From Candidatus Oxydemutatoraceae bacterium (GTDB taxonomy: Bacteria; Pseudomonadota; Gammaproteobacteria; Poriferisulfidales; Oxydemutatoraceae), in assembly GCA_965219575.1 (NCBI GenBank), contig OZ244779.1, positions 1,804,769 through 1,868,768 on the forward strand: DNA of 64,000 bases, written 5' to 3'. Shown here in pieces: positions 30,935 to 41,154 of the stretch. Both the position numbers and the translations under genes were made by a program. The notes beneath the pieces were generated by a model. That model made no database searches. It was not told where the DNA came from and worked only from the letters and a program-made list of their open reading frames with translations. Positions within the stretch are counted from its first letter, which is position 1. The number at the start of each line of letters is the position of its first letter.

Positions 30935-32098
30935 ATGAAGTATATTCCTCGAATCCTCTTAAAATCCCTTAAATCAATGTCTAAACAGTACCCTGTTGTA
31001 GCTGTGCTAGGTCCCAGACAGTCCGGAAAAACAACAATAACCCAAAAAGCCTTTCCTTCAAAACATTATATTTCTTTAGAGGACTTAGACAACAGACAGT
31101 TTGCGCAACAAGATCCTAGAGGTTTCTTGGATAGCTATAAAAAAGGAGCTATTATTGATGAAGCCCAAAGATGCCCCGATTTGCTCTCCTATATTCAAAC
31201 ACATGTTGATCAAAACAAAAAAAAAGGACAATTTATTATCACCGGCTCTAATCAATTCTTACTAGAAGAAAAAATCACTCAATCTCTAGCCGGACGGGTT
31301 TCCTTATTAAGGCTTCTTCCCTTATCCCTTCAGGAGCTAAAACAAGCTAAAAAAACAACTCCCTTAAACAAAATGATTTTTAAGGGATTTTACCCTCAAC
31401 TCCATGTAGAAAATATTGAAATCGGTTCATTTTTTAATAATTACATAGAAACCTATGTAAGCAAGGATGTCCGCTTGATAAAAAATATAAGCAATTTATC
31501 TTCGTTTAACACTTTTATTAAACTATGCGCTAACCGAGCCGGACAACTGCTTAACTTGCAGTCTTTAGCAAACGACTGTGGCATCACCCAAAATACGGTC
31601 AAGTCATGGATTTCTATTCTAGAGAGTAGCTTTATCTTAAAAAGAATATACCCCTATTATAAAAACTTTAATAAAAGGCTCGTAAAATCTCCAAAGATAT
31701 ACTTTTATGACACCGGTTTGCTTTGCCGATTATTATCTGTCAAAAAAGCGCAGGATCTAGCTTTTCATGCTCTAAAAGGTTTTATTTTTGAAAACTTGAT
31801 TTTCTCGGAGATAGAAAAATATTTTTTTAATCAAGGACAGAAAGCTCCACTTTATTTTTGGAGAGATAAAACAGGTCATGAAATTGATTTTTTAATTGAC
31901 AGTGACCATTTAAAGATAATAGAGGTTAAATCCGCTCAAACTTTTTCAACGGATTTCTTAAAGAACATCACTTATTTTTCTAAAATCAATCCAACTAAAA
32001 AAAGAAACTACTTAATTTATGCCGGAAAAGAAAAGCAAATTAGAGGCGATTGCTCTATTTTGCCTTGCTGGGACATCGATAAAATTTTAGGTACTTAA
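30935..32098 (+). CDS. AAA_14/DUF4143 ATPase
   Basis: GPRQSGKT, IIDEAQ, ITGS, SLAGR, KSPKIYFYDTG, EIDF. Confidence 0.88.
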   Translation: MKYIPRILLKSLKSMSKQYPVVAVLGPRQSGKTTITQKAFPSKHYISLEDLDNRQFAQQDPRGFLDSYKKGAIIDEAQRCPDLLSYIQTHVDQNKKKGQFIITGSNQFLLEEKITQSLAGRVSLLRLLPLSLQELKQAKKTTPLNKMIFKGFYPQLHVENIEIGSFFNNYIETYVSKDVRLIKNISNLSSFNTFIKLCANRAGQLLNLQSLANDCGITQNTVKSWISILESSFILKRIYPYYKNFNKRLVKSPKIYFYDTGLLCRLLSVKKAQDLAFHALKGFIFENLIFSEIEKYFFNQGQKAPLYFWRDKTGHEIDFLIDSDHLKIIEVKSAQTFSTDFLKNITYFSKINPTKKRNYLIYAGKEKQIRGDCSILPCWDIDKILGT

Positions 32099-32375
32099 GG
32101 CTGTTGAAAAAGTGCGGGCATCGCACATTAGAACCGCCGATTGAGCCGGTAGGTCAACCGGCAATTCTGATGTCTATCCTTAAGTACCGTCATGCGCAAT
32201 ACCAGCCGCCCTGTGCCAACAAATTATGGTTTCCATAGATTAAATGGATGAATGTGTAAATCGTGCAGGCGCAACGCGTTACGGGCAGAACAGAGCCGCC
32301 GATTGAGCCAGTAGGTCAATCGGCAATTTTGATGTCCGCCCCTACCACTCTATGAAATACTTTTTCAACAGCCCC
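32097..32375. mobile_element. MITE-like REP cassette with two hairpin modules
   Basis: aaggctgttgaaaaa ... ttttcaacagcccc. Confidence 0.72.
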
Positions 32376-32496
32376 GCGACACGACCACCCCGTCAGGCTG
32401 CACCGACATTATATTGGGGGAGGATCAATTTCGTAGTTTATATCGTGGTTTTTGCATGTTTAGAAAAGCATGTCAGCCCTCTTTACAGGATTACGA

Positions 32497-33636
32497 TTAT
32501 AGTTTGATGCCGTCGAAAAAGTCTTTGATTACCGGCGCAAATTGATCAGCATCCACGAGAAAAGAATCGTGCCCGTAGTTTGAATCCAATTCAACCAAGT
32601 CTACCGACTTACCGGCTTTTTGAAGTCCTTCGGCGATTTCACGCTGCTGTTCGAAAGGAAATAATATATCGGTGTCGACACCGATAACCAAAGAATGCTT
32701 GGCGTGTACGTGTGCAAGTCCGGCATTGACCGAACCGCCGTGCTCGGCAACATCGAATAAGTCCATTGCGCGCGATAAATAGAGGTAGCAGTTTGCGTCA
32801 AACTGGGAAACAAATTTTCGGGCGTTGTAATCCAAATAAGATTCTATTTCAAACTCTAGACCGAATGGCTCAAGCGAACGTCGCTTGGCCGAGACTCTGG
32901 CTCGGTTAAAACGGTAGCGCCATTCGGAAGCCGAACGATACGACATTAAGCCTAGTTTCCTCGCCAGTACCATCCCGCAACTAGGTTCGTCATCGATAGG
33001 ATAATGTCCATCGTTCCAGTTCGGGTCGCAGCGTATGATTTCTCGCTGCAAAGAACGCACCGCAATGGTAAAAGGCAATGCCCTGGTTGCAGCAGAAATG
33101 CAAACAAAGTAGTCCAACTCTTGCGGATACTGCAACGCATAAGCCAAGGCACTCATCCCACCCATAGAAGCACCGACTACTGCGAGCAAATGATCTATGC
33201 CCAGATCGTTCAGCGCATGGTGCGCGGATTTCGCAATATCCTCTATACTCAGTTCGGGAAAATCGATACCGTATGCTTTACCGGTTCGTGGATCGACCGA
33301 TCGGGGTGATGTGGAACCGTAACAACTCCCTAATGAATTGACGCAAATTACATAAAAATGATCGGTATCTATGGGTTTGTTCGAACCTACCATATACTCC
33401 CACCACCCGACGGATGTATCTTCGGGCGACGAACAGGCGTGCGCAGTAGGCGATAAACCGGTGAACAGCAATACGACATTGTCGTGGTTGGGTGACAATT
33501 GACCCCATGCTTCGTACGCGATTTGTACCTCGGGCAATCGTCCGCCTCGGTACATTAAAAAGTCGCTGGTTCCGTAATCGCCGGACAATTTGATACACTT
33601 CGTCGCCGGAGGAATGTAGACTGCATTTTCTTCCAT
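32497..33636 (-). CDS. metX: MetX-family O-acyltransferase (serine O-acyltransferase-type GLSP turn)
   Basis: TGLSP, GASMGG nucleophile motif, FDANCY, YGHDSFL. Confidence 0.85.
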   Translation of the reverse strand: MEENAVYIPPATKCIKLSGDYGTSDFLMYRGGRLPEVQIAYEAWGQLSPNHDNVVLLFTGLSPTAHACSSPEDTSVGWWEYMVGSNKPIDTDHFYVICVNSLGSCYGSTSPRSVDPRTGKAYGIDFPELSIEDIAKSAHHALNDLGIDHLLAVVGASMGGMSALAYALQYPQELDYFVCISAATRALPFTIAVRSLQREIIRCDPNWNDGHYPIDDEPSCGMVLARKLGLMSYRSASEWRYRFNRARVSAKRRSLEPFGLEFEIESYLDYNARKFVSQFDANCYLYLSRAMDLFDVAEHGGSVNAGLAHVHAKHSLVIGVDTDILFPFEQQREIAEGLQKAGKSVDLVELDSNYGHDSFLVDADQFAPVIKDFFDGIKL

Positions 33637-33685
33637 CGCTATTTACCCTTTACCTTAGCTTAAACGAGGTTTTTTAATATCGTCG

Positions 33686-34090
33686 CTAATTCCGCTTGCA
33701 TGTTTTTATGGAGCTCACATAAACGATCGCAATCAAACCGACGCCTAGCATGGTCAACCTGCCGAGTTGTGTTTCCATAAATAGAAATGCAGATGTAGAG
33801 AATGCTATCGCCAATGTCAGGACAAACAAAATCTTATGCTTGAGCTCCAAGCATCTATCACGCTCCCATTTGAGTATCGCCGGCCCGACATGGCGATTCT
33901 CCACGAGCAGTTTGCGGAATCTAGGCGAAGTGCGCGCATAGCAAGCCGCTGCGACCACCAAAAAAGGAGAGGTCGGAACCACCGGTAGTATTAATGCGAT
34001 CAATCCGAATAACAAAGAGAGATGCCCGACGAGCAAGATGAACCAACTTTTGAGCGAACGACTCTCCATCGTGGTTTGTAATTCGTTCAT
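33686..34090 (-). CDS. ybaN: YbaN/DUF454 inner-membrane protein
   Basis: LPVVPTSPF...SPRF...GPAILKW; ATG overlaps the upstream stop. Confidence 0.8.
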   Translation of the reverse strand: MNELQTTMESRSLKSWFILLVGHLSLLFGLIALILPVVPTSPFLVVAAACYARTSPRFRKLLVENRHVGPAILKWERDRCLELKHKILFVLTLAIAFSTSAFLFMETQLGRLTMLGVGLIAIVYVSSIKTCKRN

Positions 34091-34452
34091 CGTTGTAGTG
34101 CGATGCGCTTCAGTAAATCTTCCATTTCGGGCTGCTTGCCGACGTAGTCGCATATCCGCATATCGATATGCGGATAGCGATTGCGTTGTTCCGCTACTAT
34201 CCCGGGAATGTCGTCGGCGATATGTTTGCCTGCCGCTAAAAAATAAGGCAACAGAATTATCTCGTCGATGCCGTCGTCGGCACATCGTTGTATGCCGTCG
34301 GCTATCGAAGGCTCGGTAAGTTCTAAAAACACACAATCTATAAGATCGAAGTGCGCTCGTATCTTGCCTCTCAATCTATCGGTTAAATTGCGGATCTCGT
34401 CGTTTGAATATTGTCGGTTGCTACCGTGTGCAATAAGTAAAAGTGCTTTCAT
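34087..34452 (-). CDS. CbiX/SirB-type chelatase
   Basis: LLIAHGS, FLELTEPS, PYFLAAGKH...DIP. Confidence 0.87.
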   Translation of the reverse strand: MKALLLIAHGSNRQYSNDEIRNLTDRLRGKIRAHFDLIDCVFLELTEPSIADGIQRCADDGIDEIILLPYFLAAGKHIADDIPGIVAEQRNRYPHIDMRICDYVGKQPEMEDLLKRIALQR

Positions 34453-34504
34453 GGTTCTTAGGATAATGATAAAATTGTTTTATTATATTATACTCCTACA
34501 AACA

Positions 34505-35170
34505 ATGGCATACCGAAAAAGATACACTTGTTTATTTATCTTGATAGCCACGATTGCATTTACCGGGTGCAGCGGGGGTAAAGTCAAAAACCTCGCTAAA
34601 ACCGATATAGACATCGTTGCCGACACCATAGTCAACAACCTAGACGATTATATCTTGCGATTGGCACACGAGCTATATAGAACAAACCCCGAAGAATTAG
34701 CCAAATCTCGCAACTTTAGCTTAGAGCAGCGTCTCAACCAAATCGTTGATTACCCCGTTGAAGTCGCCTACCGAGAAATCGACAACAAACGGCAAGTCAA
34801 GGCGATCGAGCTTGCGTTGGACGATTCTTACGACGGCGATAGAGTCTTTGCGTTGATGATCGGCATCAGTAGCATGATTCGAATTTCATACGATAACCAA
34901 CGGGAATTCTTCATCTTTGATTCTATAGACCCTCAAAAGCTATACGACAGTAGCTACAACCTGCAACTGTTAAAACAAAAACTTTTGAATATGTCGCCCA
35001 AGCTATTTCGTATAGATACAAATTACGGTGATACCAATAACGCCTATGCCCTAATAGAAAAAATCGGCACGACCCAAGATCTTATGTCGCACATTATTTC
35101 CGATAAAACCAGCCGAGTGATCAACAAAACCATAATCGGTACCGCAACCGCTTTCGTTCCTATCATATAA
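34505..35170 (+). CDS. Hypothetical lipoprotein
   Basis: Signal peptide with lipobox AFTGC; start re-assigned from the ORF track. Confidence 0.65.
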   Translation: MAYRKRYTCLFILIATIAFTGCSGGKVKNLAKTDIDIVADTIVNNLDDYILRLAHELYRTNPEELAKSRNFSLEQRLNQIVDYPVEVAYREIDNKRQVKAIELALDDSYDGDRVFALMIGISSMIRISYDNQREFFIFDSIDPQKLYDSSYNLQLLKQKLLNMSPKLFRIDTNYGDTNNAYALIEKIGTTQDLMSHIISDKTSRVINKTIIGTATAFVPII

Positions 35171-35193
35171 CTTTGTACTCGTGCAGATGTGCA

Positions 35194-35281
35194 GGGGCTG
35201 TTGAAAAAGTATCCACGAACTGTAGGAACGGTACATTCCTCTCCTTCGGAGGGGTGGCAGGTGCAGCCTAACGGGGTGGTC
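35194..35281. repeat. Solo MITE end plus a CCTCTCCTTCGGAGGGG/ACGGGGTGGT-type palindromic repeat
   Basis: Its reverse complement matches GACCACCCCGTCAGGCTG at ~32383 and ~39019. Confidence 0.6.
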
Positions 35282-35559
35282 TTAAAAATGAGGGTGTAAT
35301 CTTCTTCAACGCCACATCTGTAAGGCACCCGGAAACCTACAAATTTACAAAAAAAATGAAATGGTTAGCCGAGGATAAGTATAATATCCCGTTTTTCTGG
35401 ATTGAGCATCAAACCTATGAGGATACGGGCAGATATGGATGGAAGCTATATTCTTTTAGATCATAAACAGACTAGTTAGGCGCAGATACGTCAGAACCCT
35501 GTTCAAGGCTTGATCTAATGAGGAGATTCTCAATCGGTAAACGCAGGATAAAATGCTAC

Positions 35560-35702
35560 ACAATGACAAGTTTAGGTTGGACTCCGGCTGGAGTGTCATG
35601 GTGAGTTCAGAGCGGGAGATTTCCTGCCTCTTGAATAAACTGACGACCGAATCTATGACAGCTTTTTGGTAATCCAGAATCGTCTTCAAAATGGAGTTTC
35701 AT
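35560..35702 (-). pseudogene. Frameshifted N-terminal stub of a type III R-M Res subunit
   Basis: MKLHFEDD/(shift)LDYQKAVIDSVVSLFKRQEISRSELT resembles the MKLxFExxLDYQxxAIxxVxxLFxGQ Res N-terminus. Confidence 0.6.
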
Positions 35703-35712
35703 GTTATGCACT

Positions 35713-37263
35713 TTATGCACTCAGCCTCCAGTTTTCATGCAAGACTTTAAGCAATTCACTTTGATAACTTTGCAGGTGTTCCGGTGTCCACTGCTTAGCA
35801 CCCAACGCTTTTAATGTTAATGCGTAGGCTGGTACTTTGTCCGTACCAGAGGAGTAGGCCTCCTTTTTCTTCTCAAATCCCCAATTCTTCGCCGATGCGT
35901 TACGGTTTTGGCCGAGAGGAATCAGATTCGCGAGGCGATGTACCCACTCTTTGTGATTTTCATCAGACCATGAGTTTGCCCACTCGGTATTATTTATCGT
36001 TTGCGGTAGAACATGCTCAATAGTCAGCTTTCTACCATCGTATGAGGTAGCACCATCCGAAATAAAAGAATCAAGGCGAAGGATCAGGTAGTTTCTTCGT
36101 TTTGCAGTGAGTTTATCATAGATATTTTCGTTCAACGCCTCACGCATTTTTTCTTTTTCCATCTCGGTCAATTCAACGGCTTGGACGGGAGAGTTAAGTG
36201 AATTTTCGCCCTCCAATGCTTCTATAACATCGCTGTAGCACTTGATCCTGTGGTTAACGCTCAGGCCGCATATATGCATATAGGCTGCCAAACGCTCAAG
36301 ACTATTGAAAAACTGCGCAACGTATTTTGGATTTTCATTTCCAGAAAGAAACAGTATCGCCACCGGTATCCAGTCCGAGTTATCAATACGGTTAAGCCAA
36401 TAAAGGTATGTATTTACTTCTTCAGCGTAGGATTTGGCTTTGTAGTTGTTAGAGTAAACCGTTGCCAAAGCACTTGCATAAGGTTCTAATTCTTCAATAA
36501 GTGCTTTAGGCTCGACTTTACTAAGCACATAGTTTCTAAACTCATCTAGAAGGGGCTTCCTCGCCTTCTCTTTGGCATAAATCATTCGAACATAGGTGAA
36601 CAGGTTGTTGAAGCCATCACGACCTAATTCGTGCTCCATATTTTGCCATCGCTCGTTGTGTTCATCTTGCTCTTCGTCCGTAGCGAACTCGCCGATAATG
36701 TCTGCCTTAATGATGTCTGTCGGCTTAAGATCAAGTCCACGATCATTTAGGACTGAAAACACACGGAAAGCTGAATCCTTACTTGACGCAATTACGACAA
36801 CAAGATAGCAGTTATTAACCAAAAAAGTCACAAAATCAAAGATGCTATTAGCATCGTTACCAAAATTTTCCTTGATTTTCAGGAGAAGTGATTGGCTGTT
36901 TTTTTTGATGTTTCTTTGAGATTCGGTTTTAAACTCTTCTTCGTTAAGACCTTTTAGCTTATCAAAATCTAGTTTTTGTATGTGATCCAAGAAAAATTGA
37001 TTGTCATTTTTTTCCCCTAACGTCAGGCGGGGTTTAGACTCTAATTTTTGGGTTTCTTTTCCGGGTTCGATAATATACTCATTAACAATTTCCTCCTGCT
37101 TGGGCTCTTACTCAGACTTGTAGAAATCAAAAAGATCATCGAAAAGTGCTTCAGTATGCTCTTGCTCCCACGCATAAGGCCTTTGATAGGGCGGAACGAC
37201 GAAAAAGTGAGATCCGAATATTTCTAACAAGGGCTGTTCCTCAGCACTGATTGTCTCGCTCAT
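35713..37263 (-). pseudogene. GmrSD-like (DUF262 + DUF1524) type IV restriction protein, inactivated
   Basis: Start MSETISAEE...VPPYQRPYAW at 37263; in-frame TAA at 37110-37108; DGQQR motif absent; FSVLNDRG and TIEHVLPQ...LANL...N retained. Confidence 0.8.
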
Positions 37264-37455
37264 GACATTACCTCATTTTTAGGGCTATCTAAGTCACTTG
37301 GCTCATCGCTAGTACCGTCAAAGCTAAAAAGTATGGTTTTAGAGTTTGCCATTTTATCATCTCCTCAAAAAGTTAATGTTTTACCTATTTACAAAGCCTG
37401 TCTATTATTTGAAAACATATTATCACTAGCAACATGCTCGCTAGGTATTATATAT

Positions 37456-37663
37456 CGGGCTGTTGAAAAAGTGCGGCATCGTACGAATCCAATCACTTGC
37501 GCCATTTGGTTTTGGTTTCCATAAATTGGATGGATGAATGTATAAATCGTGTAGGCACAACGCGTTACGGGCGGACATGTTAGTCCGCCCCTACAGGTGG
37601 GTTGGATAATTATGCGGCGCAAGCGGTTACGGTTTTGCAGAACAGTATTTTTTCAACAGTCCC
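37456..37663. mobile_element. MITE-like REP cassette
   Basis: cgggctgttgaaaaa ... ttttcaacagtccc, with ATAT on both flanks. Confidence 0.72.
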
Positions 37664-37721
37664 ATATTAATTCACTTAAAAATGAGATTGTTGAAAAAGT
37701 ATCTACGAACCGTAAAAGCAG

Positions 37722-37873
37722 GCTTCAACGGTTGCCTGAACCAATTCTGGTTTCGTTCAATAAAAGAGGCAAGAGAGATTATAGAAAACTGGCGCACAGA
37801 TTATAATGAAGTCCGTCCGCACAGCGCACTAAGGTATCAACCCCCGAGTGTACTTGCGGAGGCAACAGCATGA
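37722..37873 (+). pseudogene. IS3-family transposase C-terminal remnant fused to a MITE end
   Basis: CLNQFWFRSIKEAREIIENWRTDYNEVRPHSALRYQPP. Confidence 0.8.
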
Positions 37874-37979
37874 AAACTGGCTTTGCAGGTAATCCTAAAA
37901 ATGGAAGAACGTCACGATTATGGTTTCCATGGATTAAATGGGTAAATGTATCAATCGTTCACAAAATGCAAAATCGGAT

Positions 37980-38288
37980 TTAACTGCCGTTCTGCAATAC
38001 GACATACTCTTTCTTAATGTTTTTCTTAAAACTATCGGGGATATTTTCCCAATCCATAATATCTACCGAAACTAGAATATCGCTCTTTGAAAAATTCTCT
38101 CTTAGTTCATAAATCTCATCGGAACTACAGTCAAAAACGACCAAATCTAAGTCGGATGTCTCCCGAGCTTCCTGTGTGATGCGAGATCCGTAGACCCAAA
38201 CTTTTTTATTCGGAATATACCGGTTGATGATTTCCTTGACCATTCGGAGTTGATCCGCGTCCAAATCTATAAGTCGCTCATCGGTCAT
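37980..38288 (-). CDS. Minimal nucleotidyltransferase (MNT, HI0073-like antitoxin)
   Basis: VWVYGSR...SDLDL...VDI; likely start MTDERL. Confidence 0.83.
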   Translation of the reverse strand: MTDERLIDLDADQLRMVKEIINRYIPNKKVWVYGSRITQEARETSDLDLVVFDCSSDEIYELRENFSKSDILVSVDIMDWENIPDSFKKNIKKEYVVLQNGS

Positions 38289-38703
38289 TTCTATTTGCCA
38301 TTTTCTTGTAGATTGCCTCGCAATCTTCAATGAAGCCTCCTATCTTATCCAGTGCCTGCATCGCTTTTTCTATGCTGTAGTCATGTGCGGCATTTCCTCT
38401 GATTTTGTTATATTCAACTAGCCGCCGATGCGTTTCTTTATTTATTAGAAGATCCTCGTGTGCGCGGCGAAAAATGGGAATCGGTGAGTTTTCTAACTCC
38501 ACCAAACCGTTTTCTTTCAAGTATTTCTTTATGTGTTTCCATAAAGTGTCATAACAAATCTCAAAACATTTAATAACCGAATTTTTGACGGCACGTCGGT
38601 TGACCTCGGATAAGTTTTGTTCGTCCAAAGTCAAAAAACTTCCGTATTGTGCTTTCAATTCGCCAAGCGATTTATCTAATTTCTCATAATTGGTTTCGTT
38701 CAT
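38278..38703 (-). CDS. HEPN protein (HI0074-like), partner of MNT
   Basis: IKCFEICYDTLWK; RX4H motif RGNAAH. Confidence 0.83.
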   Translation of the reverse strand: MNETNYEKLDKSLGELKAQYGSFLTLDEQNLSEVNRRAVKNSVIKCFEICYDTLWKHIKKYLKENGLVELENSPIPIFRRAHEDLLINKETHRRLVEYNKIRGNAAHDYSIEKAMQALDKIGGFIEDCEAIYKKMANRNDR

Positions 38704-38776
38704 TTAGTTTTCCTCTGGTGCAGGGTGGGCATTTAAGTTTACCCTTAAAAATGCAAACATTATGCCACAGTAAACT

Positions 38777-39066
38777 GCCGATTGAGCCAGTAGGTCAATA
38801 GGCGTGACATTGTGCAGAACCTTAGCGTGCTAGGTAGCTCATACATTACAAAATACAATATCCGCCGGTTGAGCCAGTAGGTCAATCGGCGTGACATTGT
38901 GCAGAACTTTAGGGGCTGCTGAAAAAGTGCGGACATCGCACAAATCCAACCGCTATGCGCCATTTGATTTTGGTTTCCATAAATTGGATGAATGAATAAA
39001 ATAGTGCAGATACGCAGCGACCACCCCGTCAGGCTAATGCCTGCCACTCGTCCGGTGGTGGGGAAT
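38777..39066. repeat. Two hairpin+TGTGCAGAACCTTA units, a partial MITE and a CCACCCCGTC repeat
   Basis: Direct repeats at ~38777 and ~38864; ggggctgctgaaaaa at ~38912. Confidence 0.7.
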
Positions 39067-39094
39067 GGGCCGACACCCTACTTGTAATGTCGGG

Positions 39095-39850
39095 CTATAC
39101 CGGGTTGTCTATCTCTATGTAGCGGTGATCAATCCGAAAATGTTCGGCTAAATGTTTGCCTAAGGCTTGTACTCCGTAGCGTTCGGTAGCGTGATGGCCG
39201 GCAGCGTAGTAGTGTATGCCCTCTTCCCTGGCAATATGCACCGTTCTCTCGGAAATCTCGCCGCTAATATAAGCATCCAAACCCAAGCGCGCCGCATCTT
39301 CTATGCAATCTTGTGCGGCACCGGTGCAGAGTCCCACGGTTTCAATTTGTGAACCACCGCCGGCTATCAGTTGCGGCGGTCTGGACAAAACCTGCTCTAT
39401 TTTTTTCGCTAAGGCATCGGCACTGCACGGTGATACGGTACCGTGCCTCGCCAACTCGATGCCACCTAAATCACCGAAGGTGCCTTTGAGGGAAATGCCT
39501 AATCGCTTTGCCAGCTGCACATTGTTTCCGACTTCGTCGTGGGCATCCAGAGGAATATGGTAAGCGAGCAATCCGATATCGTTCTTTAACAAAGTGCGCA
39601 GTCGCTTTGCTTTCATCCCGAGTATCGCAGGATTTTCGTTGCGCCAAAAATAACCGTGATGCACCAGCAACACATCACCGTCATTCTCTATCGTAGCGTC
39701 TATTAAGGCTTGCGCAGCGGTAACCCCCGATACGATGCAACGAATAACACGCGTGCTGCCAACCTGTAAACCATTAGGAGCATAATCGTTGAAGCGTCCT
39801 ACCTGCAGATATCGATCGGCATAACTTGCGATATCGTTCAACGATGTCAT
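39095..39850 (-). CDS. ybgI: Nif3-like dinuclear metal-centre protein (YbgI family)
   Basis: DYAPNGLQV, LLVHHGYFW, YHIPLDAH, AGHHATE. Confidence 0.9.
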   Translation of the reverse strand: MTSLNDIASYADRYLQVGRFNDYAPNGLQVGSTRVIRCIVSGVTAAQALIDATIENDGDVLLVHHGYFWRNENPAILGMKAKRLRTLLKNDIGLLAYHIPLDAHDEVGNNVQLAKRLGISLKGTFGDLGGIELARHGTVSPCSADALAKKIEQVLSRPPQLIAGGGSQIETVGLCTGAAQDCIEDAARLGLDAYISGEISERTVHIAREEGIHYYAAGHHATERYGVQALGKHLAEHFRIDHRYIEIDNPV

Positions 39851-41154
39851 GGTTCTACTATGCGGCTTCGTGCGGCAGCGGCGTGCGCATACAAACCTTC
39901 GGCGGTGGCGAGTGTTTCGGCTATCTCTGCCAGATGTGCTGCGGCCTTTGCATTACACTGCACGATACTCGTGCGTTTTTGAAAATCATAGACACCCAAC
40001 GGAGAAGAGAAGCGCGCACTGCCGCCGGTGGGCAACACATGGTTTGAACCCGCACAATAATCCCCCAATACCTCGCAGCTATAGGAACCTATAAAAACGG
40101 CTCCGGCATTTTTTATATAGTCTATCCATTGCTCGGCATCGTCCACCGCAAGCTCTAAATGTTCGGGCGCAATTGCATTGGCTATTCGTATTGCGTGTTG
40201 CAAATCGGCAACCTTGACCAACAAGCCGTTATTATTGAGCGCAGCTTCTATTACTGTATTGCGTGCCATCGTCGGTAGCAAGCGATCTATTTCGGAACGC
40301 ACCTGAGCCAAATAATCCGCATCGGGGCATAACAATATCGCACGCGCACGCTCGTCGTGTTCGGCTTGTGAAAATAAATCGAGTGCAAGCCACGACGCTT
40401 GCGTAGTACCGTCGGCGACGATTAAAATCTCGGAAGGTCCGGCAACCATGTCTATACCCACTCTGCCGAACACTTGACGTTTGGCTTCGTTGACATAAGC
40501 GTTTCCGGGTCCGACAATTTTAGAGACCGGAGTAATCGTTCGGGTGCCGTAAGCAAGGGCGGCAATCGCCTGCGCACCACCGATGGTATATGCTTCGTCT
40601 ATTTGCATCAATTCCAGCGCACACATCAATAACGGATTGAGGTGGCCACCGGGCGCAGGCAACATCGCAACGATACGCTCTACGCCGGCAACTTGGGCAG
40701 GGATTGCATTCATTAAAAGCGACGACGGATATGCAGCTTTGCCACCCGGTATATAAAGCCCGACCGCATCTATCGCTCCGATTTTCTGCCCTAAGCGCAC
40801 GCCGATCTCGTCTACGAATTGCCAATCTCGGCCGAGTTGTTTTTCGGCATAGCGGCGGATACGATCGGCTGCTTTGCCGAGTGCCTCCGACCATTCGGGC
40901 GATACGCTTGCGGCAAGTTGCGACCTTCGCTTCGCCGAAATGCGTAAAGCCGATACCGAGTCGGCTTTGATCTGATCGAATTGCTCGGTATAGTCCAGTA
41001 TCGCCTCGTCGTCGCGATCGCGTACATCGTCGATGATAGAGCGTACCGAATTTTCAATATCGGCACCGACAATCTGCGCGTGTGCTATGTATTTTTTTAT
41101 CTGTTCATCGAAGTCTGCGTCGGAAGCATCGAGCTGTTGCAAGGCCAGTGTCAT
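39847..41154 (-). CDS. hisD: Histidinol dehydrogenase
   Basis: YIPGGKAAYPSS, IDMVAGPSE, SQAEHD, APEHLE, GDYCAGSNHVLPT. Confidence 0.95.
   Translation of the reverse strand: MTLALQQLDASDADFDEQIKKYIAHAQIVGADIENSVRSIIDDVRDRDDEAILDYTEQFDQIKADSVSALRISAKRRSQLAASVSPEWSEALGKAADRIRRYAEKQLGRDWQFVDEIGVRLGQKIGAIDAVGLYIPGGKAAYPSSLLMNAIPAQVAGVERIVAMLPAPGGHLNPLLMCALELMQIDEAYTIGGAQAIAALAYGTRTITPVSKIVGPGNAYVNEAKRQVFGRVGIDMVAGPSEILIVADGTTQASWLALDLFSQAEHDERARAILLCPDADYLAQVRSEIDRLLPTMARNTVIEAALNNNGLLVKVADLQHAIRIANAIAPEHLELAVDDAEQWIDYIKNAGAVFIGSYSCEVLGDYCAGSNHVLPTGGSARFSSPLGVYDFQKRTSIVQCNAKAAAHLAEIAETLATAEGLYAHAAAARSRIVEP

Noticed and set aside
38777-38912. Repeat-spacer-repeat resembling a mini-CRISPR
   Set aside because: Only two degenerate ~48-bp units of the dispersed hairpin family.
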